Shown here one piece after another: positions 37,401 through 50,693 of a stretch of 64,000 nucleotides of DNA; position 1 is the stretch's first letter; each line of letters starts with the position of its first letter. Origin of the DNA: Macrostomum hystrix (Eukaryota; Animalia; Platyhelminthes); assembly GCA_950097015.1 (NCBI GenBank), contig CATNEN010000002.1, positions 8,556,001 to 8,620,000 on the forward strand. Reading direction: 5' to 3'. The notes below the pieces were generated by a model. The model saw only the letters and a list, made by a program, of their open reading frames with translations, searched no databases and was not told the origin of the DNA. The translations under genes were made by a program, and so were the position numbers.

Positions 37401-38149
37401 CACCACACGCATGCCTCAGTCTGACCAATCAAATATTTCCGTTAATCCTGTCAATTTTTGGCCAATAACATTCTACCACTGCACATGCATGTCTCCTAGA
37501 CCAATCAGATTAAACATATATATGTACTCAATGCACATATTGAAGGATCCAATTGCTTGCATGCTGTGTAAGAACAAGAAAAAAAATAACGACACGGTCA
37601 CAAAGGCTTGAAAACATCGAAGTACTGCTAATGAATGCTGCTGCTGTCGTATATTTAAACCGGACACACTAATGAAATGGCCTAGTGTTAGCAGTGAGTT
37701 GCAAGCAATAAAACTGAGATTTGGCTTCTGATCTAAAACGGGTCAGGGTTGAAACTAAAGCCAATGCTTTCAACAAAATAAAATAACCACATTTCAATGG
37801 TTCCACGACTACTCGAATGCAAACACTTGGGACAAACTGAAATTAGCGGCCGAATAAAAGAACATTCCTATAGGATGAGAGAAAAAGCAAATTAATTCAG
37901 CCAAAAATAAACAGACGACGAAACTGGGCGCGGGAAAATAAGAAATGTTTTGATCATTTTTAATGCAGCCAATCTAATGAAACAACTGTGTAGAAAGGAC
38001 ACTGAAAAAGGGCAAAAACTGCTCGTTTGTTTGATCCTGATGCGAACTGAAGTGCTTATGAAATAAGCTGGACGAATTCACAGAAGCTCAATCCGATTGC
38101 GAAGCTTCTCAGTTTCGAATGATTGGGTTTATTTTGTACTCAGGATAGG

Positions 38150-38930
38150 GATAATTTGGGACTGTTTTAGGGATAATTCGGGATTTATTGACTGTTTTAG
38201 GGACAATTCGGGATTTATTGACTGTTTTAGGGACAATTCGGGATTTATTGACTGTTTCGGGGATAATTCGGGATTTATTGACTGTTTCGGGGATAATTCG
38301 GGATTTTGTTACTGTTCCGGGGGATAATTCGGGATTCGTTGAATGTTTCGGGGGGATAATTCGGGATTCGTTGAATGTTTCGGCAGGATAATTCGGGATT
38401 CCTTGACTGTTCCGGGGGATAATTCGGGATTCGTTGAATGTTTCGGGGGGATAATTCGGGATTCGTTGAATGTTTCGGCAGGATAATTCGGGATTCCTTG
38501 ACTGTTCCGGGGGATAATTCGGGATTCGTTGAATGTTTCGGGGGGATAATTCGGGATTCGTTGAATGTTTCGGCAGGATAATTCGGGATTCGTTGACTGT
38601 TCCGGGGGATAATTCGGGATTCGTTGACTGTTTCGGGGATAATTCGAGATTAGTTGACTGTTTCGGGGGCATAATTCGGGAGTTATTGACTGTTTCGGGG
38701 ATAATTCAGAATTAGTTGATTGTTTCGGAGATAATTCAGGATTCGTTGACTATTTTAGGGATAATTCGGGATTCGTTGACTGTTTCGGGGATAATTCGGA
38801 ATTAGTTGATTGTTTCGGAGATAATTCAGGATTCGTTGACTATTTTAGGGATAATTCGGGATTCGTTGACTGTTTCGGGGATAATTCGGGATTCGTTGTC
38901 TGTTTCGGTGGTAACTCAGGATTTGTTGAA
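38150..38930. repeat. Degenerate ~27-31-bp minisatellite
   Basis: gggataattcgggattcgttgactgtttcg-type units. Confidence 0.88.
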
Positions 38931-39577
38931 TATAGTGGGATTTATTCGATAGCTATTGAAGACTATCGAAGCTATCGAAGAACACGTAAACAGTTAGGTG
39001 AATAATGTATACCATATTCGAGCAAAGAATATTCACAATCATAAATATGAAGGGTAAAGAGAAGATACGCGGTATGTGCTCGATTATTGAAGCATTATTG
39101 TTAGTTTTTGCTAAATAAAATTTGCAAAGCAGACAACAGTTAAAAACAGAATAGCAAAGGTGGGAAACACAGGTATGAACTCGAATGAACAGGAGAGCAT
39201 AGCATTTAAATAGCGTAACAAACAGAGCACTGCTTTGTTGAATACAATCTGCGCACACATAATAATTAATATAATTAGATTAAATGAACAGCAACACAGA
39301 GAATGCACAAGACCAATGAAACAGGCGCACAGTGGCCAGCCGTTGTTTGAAGGGAGCTAACGCCAGCCAAATGGACTCACACACAAATGAGATTCCATGC
39401 TGACAAATCAAGCAATTCATTTATCCTAACTAAACATATCAGATTCAGTTAGCTCATTGTCAACATGACCAGCTCATAGCTTGACTCAATAAGCAGTATT
39501 AGAATTACTAGGACAATTCAATAAAATCTCTAGCATCCAAGCGAGCCGACAGACTTCAAACAATGGCCAGAAATAGT

Positions 39578-42500
39578 CTAGGATTTGGCGGCCTTCCAAA
39601 CTCGGTGCAGGCGGGACTTGTCGTCGAATAGCGAGCGAATCATGAGCACCTGGATGCCGGCCACAAACAGCATCACCACCAGCTGGAAGATGGACCAGGT
39701 GCTGACCCTGGAGTTGTTGGACTCCATTGTCATGCGGTCCCGGGCCTCGTTATTTCGGCTCTTGCTCAGGTGGTAGATTATGCGCAACAGGTGGTCTTCA
39801 ACCTTGTCCGTGGATTTCTAGTTTCCATGGCGACGGGATTTGAGCAGAAAATTACAATTACAGAATTGCAGCTAAATAGCTGTACGCAATGAGCCACTTA
39901 TTACAAATCTGAACTCACAGCTAATAATCCCACACCTGAACTCATCGCCAATAATCCCACACCTGAACTCACAGCTAATAATCCCACACCTCAACTCACC
40001 GCCAATAATCCCACACCTGAACTCACCGCCAATAATCCCACACCTCAACTCACAGCAAATAATCCCACACCTCAACTCACCGCCAATAATCCCACACCTG
40101 AACTCACAGCTAATAATCCCACACCTCAACTCACAGCCAATAATCCCACACCTCAACTCACCGCCAATAATCCCACACCTGAACTCACAGCTAATAATCC
40201 CACACCTCAACTCACCGCCAATAATCCCACACCTCAACTCACAGCAAATAATCCCACACCTCAACTCACCGCCAATAATACCACACCTCAACTCACAGCA
40301 AATAGTCCCACACCTGAACTCACTGCCAATAATCCCACACCTGAACTCACAGCTAATAATCCCACACCTGAACTCACTGCTAATAATCCCACACCCGAAC
40401 TCACAGCTAATAATCCCACACCTGAACTCACAGCTAATAATCCCACACCTGAACTCACTGCTAATAATCCCACACCCGAACTCACAGCTAATAATCCCAC
40501 ACCTGAACTCACCGCTAAAAATCCCACACCTGAACTCACAGCTAATAATCTCACACCTGAACTCACAACTAATAATCCCACACCTGAACTCACAGCTAAT
40601 AATCCCACACCTGAACTCACAGCTAATAATCCCACACCTGAAATTACAGCTAATCCCACACCTGAACTCACAGCTAATAATCCCACACCTGAACTCACAG
40701 CTAATAATCCCACACCTCAACTCACCGCCAATAATCCCACACCTGAACTCACCGCCAATAATCCCACACCTGAACTCACAGCTAATAATCCCACACCTCA
40801 ACTCACCGCCAATAATCCCACACCTCAACTCACAGCAAATAATCCCACACCTCAACTCACCGCCAATAATCCCACACCTCAACTCACAGCAAATAATCCT
40901 ACACCTGAACTCACTGCCAATAATCCCACACCTGAACTCACAGCTAATAATCCCACACCTGAACTCACTGCTAATAATCCCACACCCGAACTCACAGCTA
41001 ATAATCCCACACCTCAACTCACCGCCAATAATCCCACACCTGAACTCACAGCTAATAATCCCACACCTGAACTCACCGCCAATAATCCCACACCCGAACT
41101 CACTGCCAATAATCCCACACCTGAACTCACAGCTAATAATCCCACACCTGAACTCACAGCTAATAATCTCACACATGAACTCACCGCCAATAATCTGACA
41201 CCTAGAAATCCCACACCAATTATCCCATACCTTCAACACAGCCAATAATCTCACACCAAAACAAATAATCCTGTAGCATGAAAACCGAGAAGCCCAGGCT
41301 CTCACATAGAACTCCTCCCAGGACAGCTCCATCTCGCGCAGATTAGCTCGCAGGCCCTCGCTCAGCTGGTCCGAGCCGGGCCGCCGGCCGTCGCGTCCCT
41401 GGTCAACTTCAATGTTGAAGTATACGAACTTGTCGTGCCAGGAGGAATAGCGATTGTCCAGGCAGATCATGTAAGCCGGCATGGCCATCTCTGCGCGCGA
41501 TTTGCTGGCATCGTAGGCGAAGCTCGCCTCGCCGTACGCTTTGCCTCGCCGATCGAATGCCAACTTGCCGCCGGGTGAGTTGATGAACACATCGATGTCC
41601 AGGCTGCCACCGCTGGTCACCTGGGCGATTGGGGAAAAGTAAATTGGGAATTCGATACCGAGGTGGCAATAACATCAATCGGGAATGAGATGGGAGAATG
41701 GGGATAAAAGCAACGGGGAATGAGATAGGAGAATGGGGATAAAAGCAACGGGGAATGAGATAGGAGAATGGGGATAAAAGCAACGGGGAATGAGATGGGA
41801 GAATGGGGATAAAGGTCATGGGGAATGAGATGGGAGAATGGGGATAAAAGCAACGGGGAATGAGATGGGAGAATGGGGATAAAGGTCATGGGGAATGAGA
41901 TGGGAGAATGGGGATAAAGGTCATGGGGAATGAGATGAGAGAATGAGGATAAAAGCAATGGGGAATGAGATGAGTGAATGGGGATAAAAGCAATCGGGAA
42001 TAAAATAGAACGGATAAAAGCAATGAAAAATAAGACAGGATAATTGGGATAAAGGCCATAGGGAATGAGATGGGAGAATGGGGATAATAGCCAGGAAAAA
42101 AGATTTGGGAGAATGTATATATAAATGGGGATAATTGAGCAGGTGCAAACTGAGTCGCACCTGATACTCGAAGGTGAAGTTGCTGGAGGCCTTATGGTAG
42201 AAGCACTGCTTTCCACGGCTGGGCAGCTGGAAGACAAAGGAGATGGAGCGGGTGTCGAACTCGTTTGGCTCAGACGGCAGCAGCACGGAGGGCATTCGCT
42301 TGTCGCCCGGGTGACCCTCGTCGGGATTCTCGTGGAGTTCCTGCTGCTGCGGTGGCGGCGGCGGGCGGTGATGAGGTGGAATCGACTCTTCAGATGCAGG
42401 CTGAGCTGGTTGGTGCTCAGGCGGAGGTTGCTGATGGACAGGCGGCGGTTGCTGTTGGACAGGCGGAGGCTGCTGATGGACAGGCGGCGGTTGCTCATAG

Positions 42501-42955
42501 ATAGGCGGAGGTTGCTGGTGGACAGGCGGAGGTTGCTGGTGGACAGGCGGAGGCTGCTGGTGGACAGGCGGAGGCTGCTGCTGGACAGGCGGAGGCTGCT
42601 GGTGGACAGGCGGAGGCTGCTGCTGGACAGGCGGAGGCTGCTGGTGGACAGGCGGAGGCTGCTGGTGGACAGGCGGAGGTTGCTGGTGGACAGGCGGAGG
42701 TTGCTGGTGAACAGGCGGAGGTTGCTGGTGGACAGGCGGAGGTTGCTGGTGAACAGGCGGAGGTTGCTGGTGAACAGGCGGAGGTTGGTGATGAACAGGC
42801 GGTTGCTCATACACAGGCGGTGGTTGGTGATGGTCGGTGGCAGACTCGTGCGGCTGCATCTCAGCGCTAGCCAGGTGGGAGTTCCAGGTGGACAGAAGCA
42901 CTATCAGCGCAAGCAGCTGGGGCAGACAGAATAACGCCTTGTCGAGTCTAGCCAT
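39578..42955 (-). CDS. p24/TMED (emp24/gp25L) GOLD-domain cargo receptor B with an N-terminal (HQQPPPV)n insert, 3 exons
   Basis: Exons 42955-42161, 41620-41306 and 39817-39578, all phase 0. Signal peptide, ~20x HQQPPPV, GOLD domain (LPSRGKQCFY, EYQ|VTSGGSLDIDVFINSP, ICLDNRYSSWHDKFVYF), coiled coil (RNNEARDR), TM, and tail IRSLFDDK. Confidence 0.9.
39910..41230. repeat. 27-bp intronic minisatellite
   Basis: Unit aataatcccacacctgaactcacagct. Confidence 0.95.
41690..42100. repeat. 35-bp intronic minisatellite
   Basis: Unit gggataaaagcaacggggaatgagatgggagaatg. Confidence 0.9.
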
Positions 42956-43670
42956 AGCCACGAGTTTGCTGAAATTCAATGATAAGACAAAGACTGATCT
43001 AGATGTCAATGGATAGACAGACGGAACATTCCAAAGCATCTACTGATGAGTAAGTAGTCAGAGCAGTGCTCATAGCTTTTGTAGTTCTGACTGGCTAAGG
43101 GTCTTGAGCAAAACACGGTTGATTTTATATAGCTTCAATTCACTCCAGCTGTATAATTTTGCAGGATTGCTGCACACCTGATCTGCAAGTGGGTTTGGGT
43201 GTGATTATTTGCACTCCTAAAACCTAACTCGACTGAAAAAAAACAAATCAGGTCAATATTTAATCCAGGAAAAACTGTTTATTTTAATAAGATCATTTTC
43301 AAAAAGATGTCAAAACGGTTCAAAGAAAACAGCTGAAGAAACAGTTGGTATTTGAGTGATTTAAAGTAGGCGGCTTATCTGTTCACTGTAAAGACTGGAA
43401 TATAAGGAAATGCATCAAAAAAGTATATAACCGGTGCATTGAAAACTGGTGCAATCTTGTGTAGAGAATAACTATAGGTAACAACATTTCATAGTTGCTA
43501 TGGGAAGTTTTAGCGATGGGAAATGCATTCGGTTTCATTGGAGTTGTCAAACTGTAAAGCTGACTTGGTCTGGGAGTGGAGGAAAATCATTTTGAAAAAG
43601 AGAGAGAGAATAAATTAGGCAATAAACTGGTAACCATGAAGGTGAGATGATGAGTGTGACCAATGCAGAT

Positions 43671-46578
43671 TCAGGAGCCAATCAGAAAGGCGCCGCGGAC
43701 TCGCCATAGCCGGTGCAGCAGGGATTTCTCATCGAATAGCGAGCGAATCATCAGCACCTGCAGTATGGACACGCCAAGCATCACCGCCAGCTGCAGGGCA
43801 GACCAGCAGCTGACCCTGGCAGCCCGGTCCTCCATGGCCAGGCGGTCCTGAGTCTCGTCACCGCGGGACTCCCGCTGAAGGCTGGCGCTGCGCTGAAGAT
43901 TGTCCTCCACCGACCAGGTCAGGGACTGCAACGGGTGCGATGGGACAGGGGAAAACATTTGACATGCGTTGGGATCTGCGGGAAAACTGCTCAGAAGAAG
44001 TGCTCAAGTGTCTGAGCCAAGTGACAAAAGGTCTTGCAATGAAGAAGTTTGAATGACTTCCAAATCTCGTGGACATGAGAAAACTCAAAGAAACCAAGCA
44101 TTGATCATTAGGTTAAAACGTATATGAAATATAAAAATCATTCTAGCTAAAAAAAGAAAAACTTATGGGAAAATTTTCTTGACTGTAAAGTATTTGACGG
44201 CTTTTAGGAAAACGAAGAAAACTAATGGATTCTATGGGAAAAGGAATAGATTCTATGGCAAAACTAATGGATTCTATGGGAAAAGGAATAGATTCTATGG
44301 CAAAACTAATGGATTCTATGGGAAAAAGAATAGATTCTATGGCAAAACTAATGGATTCTATGGCAAAACTAATGGATTCTATGGGAAAAAGAATAGATTC
44401 TATGGCAAAACTAATGGATTCTATGGCAAAACGAATGGATTCTATGGGAAAATGAATAAATTCTATGGCAAAACTAATGGATTCTATGGGAAAATGAATA
44501 GATTCTATGGCAAAACTAATGGATTCTATGGGAAAATGAATAGATTCTATGGCAAAACTAATGGATTCTATGGGAAAATGAATAGATTCTATGGCAAAAC
44601 TAATGGATTCTATGGGAAAATGAATAGATTCTATGGCAAAACTAATGGATTCTATGGGAAAATGAATAGATTCTATGGCAAAACTAATGGATTCTATGGG
44701 AAAATGAATAGATTCTATGGCAAAACTAATTGATTCTATGGGAAAATGAATAGATTCTATGGCAAAACTAATGGATTCTATGGGAAAATGAATAGATTCT
44801 ATGGCAAAACTAATGGATTCTATGGGAAAATGAATAGATTCTATGGCAAAACTAATGGATTCTATGGGAAAATGAATAGATTCTATGGGAAAATGAATAG
44901 ATTCTATGGCAAAACTAATGGATTCTATGGCAAAACTAATGGCTTCTATGGGAAAATGAATAGATTCTATGGCAAAACTAATGGATTCTATGGGAAAACG
45001 AAAAGATTATATGGTAAAACGAAAATATTCTATGGGAAAACAAATAGATTCTATGGGACAAGGAATAGATTCTATGAAAAAACAAGAGTACAAGTATTCT
45101 ATGGGAAAACAACTAACTGTATGGGAATATGAGTAGATTCTATGGGAAAACGAATAGATTCTATGGGAAAACAAATAGATTCTATGGAACAAGGAATAGA
45201 TTCTATGAAAAAACAAGAGTAGAATAATAATACAATTCTGTTTCTACATGAAAAAATGGATTTTGAAGATGAACGGCGATTTCTTAGAACTTTGAAATAA
45301 GACGTGAATAAAATTTTAAATTAACTACAAAGCCACTGAAGGCTAACCAAGGCATGGCTGGCTGCTCACCAGAAACATCGACCAGCTCAATTCCAGGCTC
45401 TTCAACTCGGCTGCCAGCTCTTCGGAGATGTCGTCCGGCTCCTCCCGTTGAGCATCCTTGCTGTCTGTGGCATTTGGCCTCCGCGAGCCAGGCGGCCTAT
45501 GAATGCTGAAGTCGATGAGCTTGTGGTACCAACTGGAGTGCCGATTGTCCAGGCAGATGGTGTGCACCGGCAGGTCGGCGGGCGCAGCCGGGCCGGCAGC
45601 CGGCGGAGCGTCCGGAACGCTGAACCGGCCCAGTCGGCGCTCCCGACTCTCATAGGCGATCTTGCCGCTGGGACTCACAATGTACACGTTAACATCCAGA
45701 CGGCCACCGTGCAGGACTCGGAATTCGAACTGGAAGGCCTTCGCTGATCGGTGATGAAAGCACTGTCGCGCCCGGCTCGGGAGCACGTACACAAACGACG
45801 CCTCGGTGCCGTCGAAGGCATCGCTGGACTCAGCCGATGGAATCAGGAAAGACGGAAATCGAGGCGGCAAGTGACGCTTAGGGGGCGAAGGTGAAGGAGG
45901 TCGCGGCTTACGGTCAGAGTTCGGCCTAAGACCGTGCGTTGGCTTCACCTGGTTGCTAGGCAGGGGCTGATTGTTTGAAGTCGGAGCCTGACCATTCGAT
46001 GTCGGAGCTTGACCATTTGATGTCGGAGCTTGACCATTCGATGTCGGAGCTTGACCATTCGATGTCGGAGCTTGACCATTCGATGTCGGAGCTTGACCAT
46101 TCGATGTCGGAGCTTGACCATTCGATGTCGGAACCTGAACGTTTGACGGTGGAACCTGACCATTCGATATCGGAGCCTGACTATTTGACGGTGGAACCTG
46201 ACCATTCGATGTCGGAGCTTGACCATTCGATATCGGAGCCTGACCATTCGATATCGGAGCCTGACCATTCGATATCGGAGCCTGACCATTCGATGTCGGA
46301 GCTTGACCATTCGATATCGGAGCCTGACCATTTAATGTCGGAGCTTGACCATTCGATATCGGAGCCTGACTATTTGACGGCGGAACCTGACCATTTGATG
46401 TCGGAGCTTGACCATTAGATGTCGGAGCCTCAACGTTCGGTGGCATCCGGCTGTCGGTGTTAGCGCTCACTTCTAGATTGGAGGGCAACGGGTTGTCAGA
46501 CAAAGCGACAGCAAAGCAGACGGCAAGGCACAGCACAGCGACAGGGCCGGCCGGCTTGAAGCAGAGTCCCCTGAGCAT
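43671..46578 (-). CDS. p24/TMED GOLD-domain cargo receptor A with an N-terminal (SNGQAPT)n insert, 2 exons
   Basis: Exons 46578-45370 and 43925-43671 (phase 0). Signal peptide, ~21x SNGQAPT, GOLD domain (LPSRARQCFH, RVLHGGRLDVNVYIVSPSG, ICLDNRHSSWYHKLIDF), TM, and tail IRSLFDEK. Confidence 0.9.
44220..45220. repeat. 21-bp intronic minisatellite (reads FYGKTNG / FYGKMNR on +)
   Basis: Units gattctatggcaaaactaatg and gattctatgggaaaatgaata, inside the TMED-A intron (43926-45369). Confidence 0.92.
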
Positions 46579-47001
46579 GACTACTGGCGAGTGACAGATC
46601 AGAAAATCTCTAGATGATTGATACGAGCAATCAGTCTCGATCTGCAGGACTTTGGCTGGAGCATAGGTGAAGTAGGCAAATCGAATAACAAGGATGACTT
46701 ATTAGCCGATTTAACAAGTAAATCTACGTTGCTGTGCTCTATTTCTTACTAAGGAAGGTAAGACAAAGAGTGAAATAAATTACTCAGATCTTAGGCAATC
46801 ACACATGCAAATAAATTCCGCCTTTTATTTCACAGTACAGTTAAAGAAAGTAAAGAAGCAAAGCTAATAGTATAGTCATTATAACAATAATAGCACCATA
46901 AAAATGCTGGTTTGTAAAGATTGCACAGCGGTTAAAACAGTATCAAATTCGTTTGGTAATATATACATGCTAGTACTAATTGCAAAAATTATTGCTTTAA
47001 G

Positions 47002-50000
47002 TCACTCCAAAAAAGGGGCCTTGAGTGCCGCACTCTGACTGCAATTGTACAGAAGCTGCAGCCGGGTAGCCAACCGCGGTGGCGTCTCAAATTTGTCAAA
47101 GCTGTCATCTAAATGCGACTTTAAAGGTTGACGGGCGGACGATGGTGCCAATGAAAGGGTGGATACCGGCCCCGATGCGTTGTCGAATACCGATCCCGAT
47201 GCGTGGGCGGATACATGCCCAGATGCGTGGGCGGACACCAGCACTGATGCGTGGGCGGATACAGGCCCAGATGCGTGGGCGGATACAGCCCTAGATGCGT
47301 GGGCGGATACAGGCCCAGATGCGTGGGCGCATGCCACTGCCGTCGAGTGTTGAAAAGCGGATGTGAGAGAAAGCACAGGAGAGAATGAAGACTCTGATCG
47401 AGGACCCGACCTAGTTCCGAGTGCGTGGATGCCGGACAAGGGGTCTGTGATGGCCCGATCGCGGAGGCTTGAAGCCGCAACCTTGGGAGAGTCGTTAAGC
47501 AAGGAGGTGTCGAGTCGGAAGTGGCAGTGCGACATTGACAGTCGCTGTCTATGATGAAAGTCGAACAAGTGGCTAAACGGTTGCCGACAGTTTTCGACAA
47601 ATTCAGCCTTCGTGTCGCGCTGTGGCAGATCTTCTGATTTGGCCGCCGGGGATGCCAGAGAAATGTCGGCGAACAGATCAGACAGCGAGTCGACGAGGAT
47701 GCTGCGGCGACGTCCGACTGCCTCAGGCTGCGACGGCATCGGCACTGGATGGGATAGAAAAAAGTCTTCGATCTTCTTGACCTCTGTGCTATTCGGATTC
47801 CGTTTCTGCTTTTGTAACTTTTGCTGCGTCTTCTTCTGCTGCTGCTGAAGCTTCTTGGCCTTCTGCTTGTTCTCTTTCTCCTGCAGCCGTAGCTGCTCGA
47901 AGCTGGACACCAGGTCGGAGTGCAGCTGGCCAAAAGGGTGACGAGGTACGCACAAGGTGTAGAACTCGGACACAGTCCAGGCGTCGAATTCCAACTTGCG
48001 GAACTCCACCTGGAAATTTGATTTTCGTGATCTTTTAAACAACTTTTACTGTGTGGATCTAAAATACAGACACAAGTGTGCAGACCTAGAATTGCAACAG
48101 AGTCAGAGGATCTTGAGGATTAACAATCCCAGTCAGAGGATCCTGAGGATTAACAATCCCAGTCTGAGGATCTTGACGATTAACAATCCCAGTCAGAGGA
48201 TCTTGAGGATTAACAATCCCAGTCAGAGGATCTTGAGGATTAACAATCCCAGTCAGAGGATCTTGAGGATTAACAATCCCAGTCTGAGGATCCTGAGGAT
48301 TAACAATCCCAGTCTGAGGATCCTGAGGATTAACAATCCCAGTCTGAGGATCCTGAGGATTAACAATCCCATTCAGAGGATCTTGAGGATTAACAATCCC
48401 AGTCAGAGGATCCTGAGGATTAACAATCCCAGTCAGAGGATATTGAGGATTAACAATCCCAGTCAGAGGATCTTGAGGATTAACAATCCCAGTCTGAGGA
48501 TCCTGAGGATTAACAATCCCAGTCAGAGGATCTTGAGGATTAACAATCCCAGTCTGAGGATCTTGAGGATTAACAATCCCAGTCAGAGGATCCTGAGGAT
48601 TAACAATCCCAGTCAGAGGATCCTGAGGATTAACAATCCCAGTCTGAGGATCCTGATTAACAATCCCTGTTTGAGGATCCTGAGGATCAACAATCCCAGT
48701 CTGAGGATCCTGAGGATTAACAATCCCAGTCTGAGGATCCTGATTAACAATCCCTGTTTGAGGATCCTGAGGATCAACAATCCTAGTCTGGTGATCTTGT
48801 GAAACAGCAATCCAAGTTAGAGGATCTTGAGGATTAAGAAATCCCTCTCTGTGTATCTTAACGATCAGCAGTCTGAGAGTCTTACAAAGGATTAAAAAAT
48901 TTAAGTTTGATGATCTGAGAAAATGGCAATCATGCTTTCATCTGCCTGACTTCTGCCGCGCCAATCATGCAAACTAATTGGCAGGGCTACGGTCAGTTGT
49001 CAACTTACCTCGTAGCAGGGCACGCCAGATCTGACGCGCTCTGCTAGGATTCGGTGAGGCCTGGGTCCCGCAGCAACAGCGGAATTGGCGACTGTCTCGT
49101 CCCACACAAGCAGCAGCGGCAGCAGCTTGGCGATGGTGTAGTCCTCGGCCCACTCCAGCCTGTCCTGGCAAAACCGGACCAGCTCCAGCGTGCGAGGTCG
49201 ACGCCAGGCGACGCGGTCCGGATCCACCGTCGGCCAGGCGCGATTCGCTTCCAAGAATTCCGCGACAATGGCTGGAGCGGCGGTTGACGTCGATGAAGAC
49301 GATACAAAGCGACGAAGGACGCCGCAACCATCGGAGTCAGCGCTTCTGCCACCGGCGGCGGCTTCCAGGAGCCAGTTGGTAGCGTCAGCGTCAGGGGGAA
49401 GGCGGCGAAAGAACTTCAGAGCCAGGGCGGGCCCGACGCCCGGAGTGCCGCCTGGCGCGTAGTCGCAGCCGAGGAGCAGCCCCAGTGCCACCAGGCGGTC
49501 CCGACTCAGGCCCAGCTGCTCGGCCAGGCGGGCACTCTCGAACCAGTCCACGTGGGCGTCCCGGCTGTCCATGCTGCCGATAAAACAAGAGTCAGCTGAT
49601 ATCCTTTACTTCAGAGAAACTTGGCTGCCAGATAATCTAATTAAGGGAAACTTGGTTGCCAGATCATCTACTTGAAGGAAACTTGGTTGCAAGATCCTCT
49701 ACTTGAAGGAAACTTGGTTGCCAGATCCTCTACTTAAAGGAAACTTGGTTGCAAGATCCTCTACTTAAAGGAAACTTGGTTGCAAGATCCTCTACTTAAA
49801 GGAAACTTGGTTGCAAGATCCTCTACTTGAAGGAAACTTGGTTGCAAGATCCTCTACTTGAAGGAAACTTGGTTGCCAGATCCTCTACTTCAGGGAAACT
49901 TGGTTGCCAGACCCTCTACTTCAGGGAAACTTGGATGCCAGATGCTCAACTTCAGGTAAACTTCGCCGATATACAGAAGCTGGGTTCCTGGTGCCCATGG

Positions 50001-50693
50001 CATCCGATAAGGCGATATGCATAGAAAAAGTCAAGAGCTGTCCCCACCTGAAGTTTCGCAGCACCCGCACAGCGCCGTAAAGAAACGCGTCCCCATCGTT
50101 GGTGATGACCGCGTCCACGACACCGCGGCTGCTGAGCAGGGCGGCCATACTCTCGGCCTCGCCGGGACTCTCGACGTGCGGCACGCCAAGGAGGTCCAGC
50201 AGGCGGCAGCAGTCGCCGCGCAACAGCTGACGAAATCTGGCACGCTTGCGCACGCGGTCCGGGTCAACTGGGGGCGCCGGCGCTGCTGCATTTCCAGGAA
50301 AATTGAAGCGATGAAAACCGGAAAATTCACAACGATGCATTGAGAATGAAATAGTCAGAAGATATTAGGTGTCACACCTGCTCTGGCAGCGGTCTTTGCC
50401 TTGGCCGGGTGCAGCTGGGCCCTGGCCATCATGGTCTGCACTTTAAGCAGCGGCGCCTCGCCATCTACAATGAAGATGGGCCTGGCGCCGAGTTTGAGCA
50501 GGTGCAGAGTGCGAAACAGCAGGTTGCGCAAGTGCAGCCGGCCTGGTATGACGCAGGCGGCTTCCCGCTGGGTCTGCATATCGTCCACCACCCAGATGGC
50601 CAGGTCGATGGCCAGACGGAGGCCACGGAGTTCATCCAGAGGGGTGTGCTGCGCAGTGGGCTGAATGATGGACCACAGGCCTTGGACTCCCAT
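47002..50693 (-). CDS. GEN1: Flap endonuclease GEN homolog 1 (XPG/Rad2 family Holliday junction resolvase), 4 exons
   Basis: Exons 50693-50378, 50285-50048, 49573-49009 and 48009-47002 with consistent phases. Motifs MGVQGLW, LAIDLAIW, PIFIVDGEAP.LK, GEAESMAA, TNDGDAFLYG and LLLGCDY.PGGTPGVG, plus a chromodomain-like GVPCYE|VEF. A 24-bp coding repeat (HASGPVSA) lies at ~47190-47330. Confidence 0.9.
48100..48790. repeat. 30-bp intronic minisatellite
   Basis: Unit ggattaacaatcccagtcagaggatcttga. Confidence 0.95.
49620..49935. repeat. 31-bp intronic minisatellite
   Basis: Unit ggaaacttggttgcaagatcctctacttgaa. Confidence 0.92.

Noticed and set aside
39872-41305. CGIISCEFR Cys-rich extension of the TMED-B ORF
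   Set aside because: Read-through into an intron; a GTGAGA donor at 41305 and an acceptor at 39818 restore the normal p24 C-terminus.
42125-42934. Arg-rich RRRLLVD ORFs
   Set aside because: Antisense and alternative frames of the TMED-B HQQPPPV repeat.
47996-48810. RILRINNPSQ ORF (268 aa)
   Set aside because: A 30-bp minisatellite inside a GEN1 intron, on the antisense strand.
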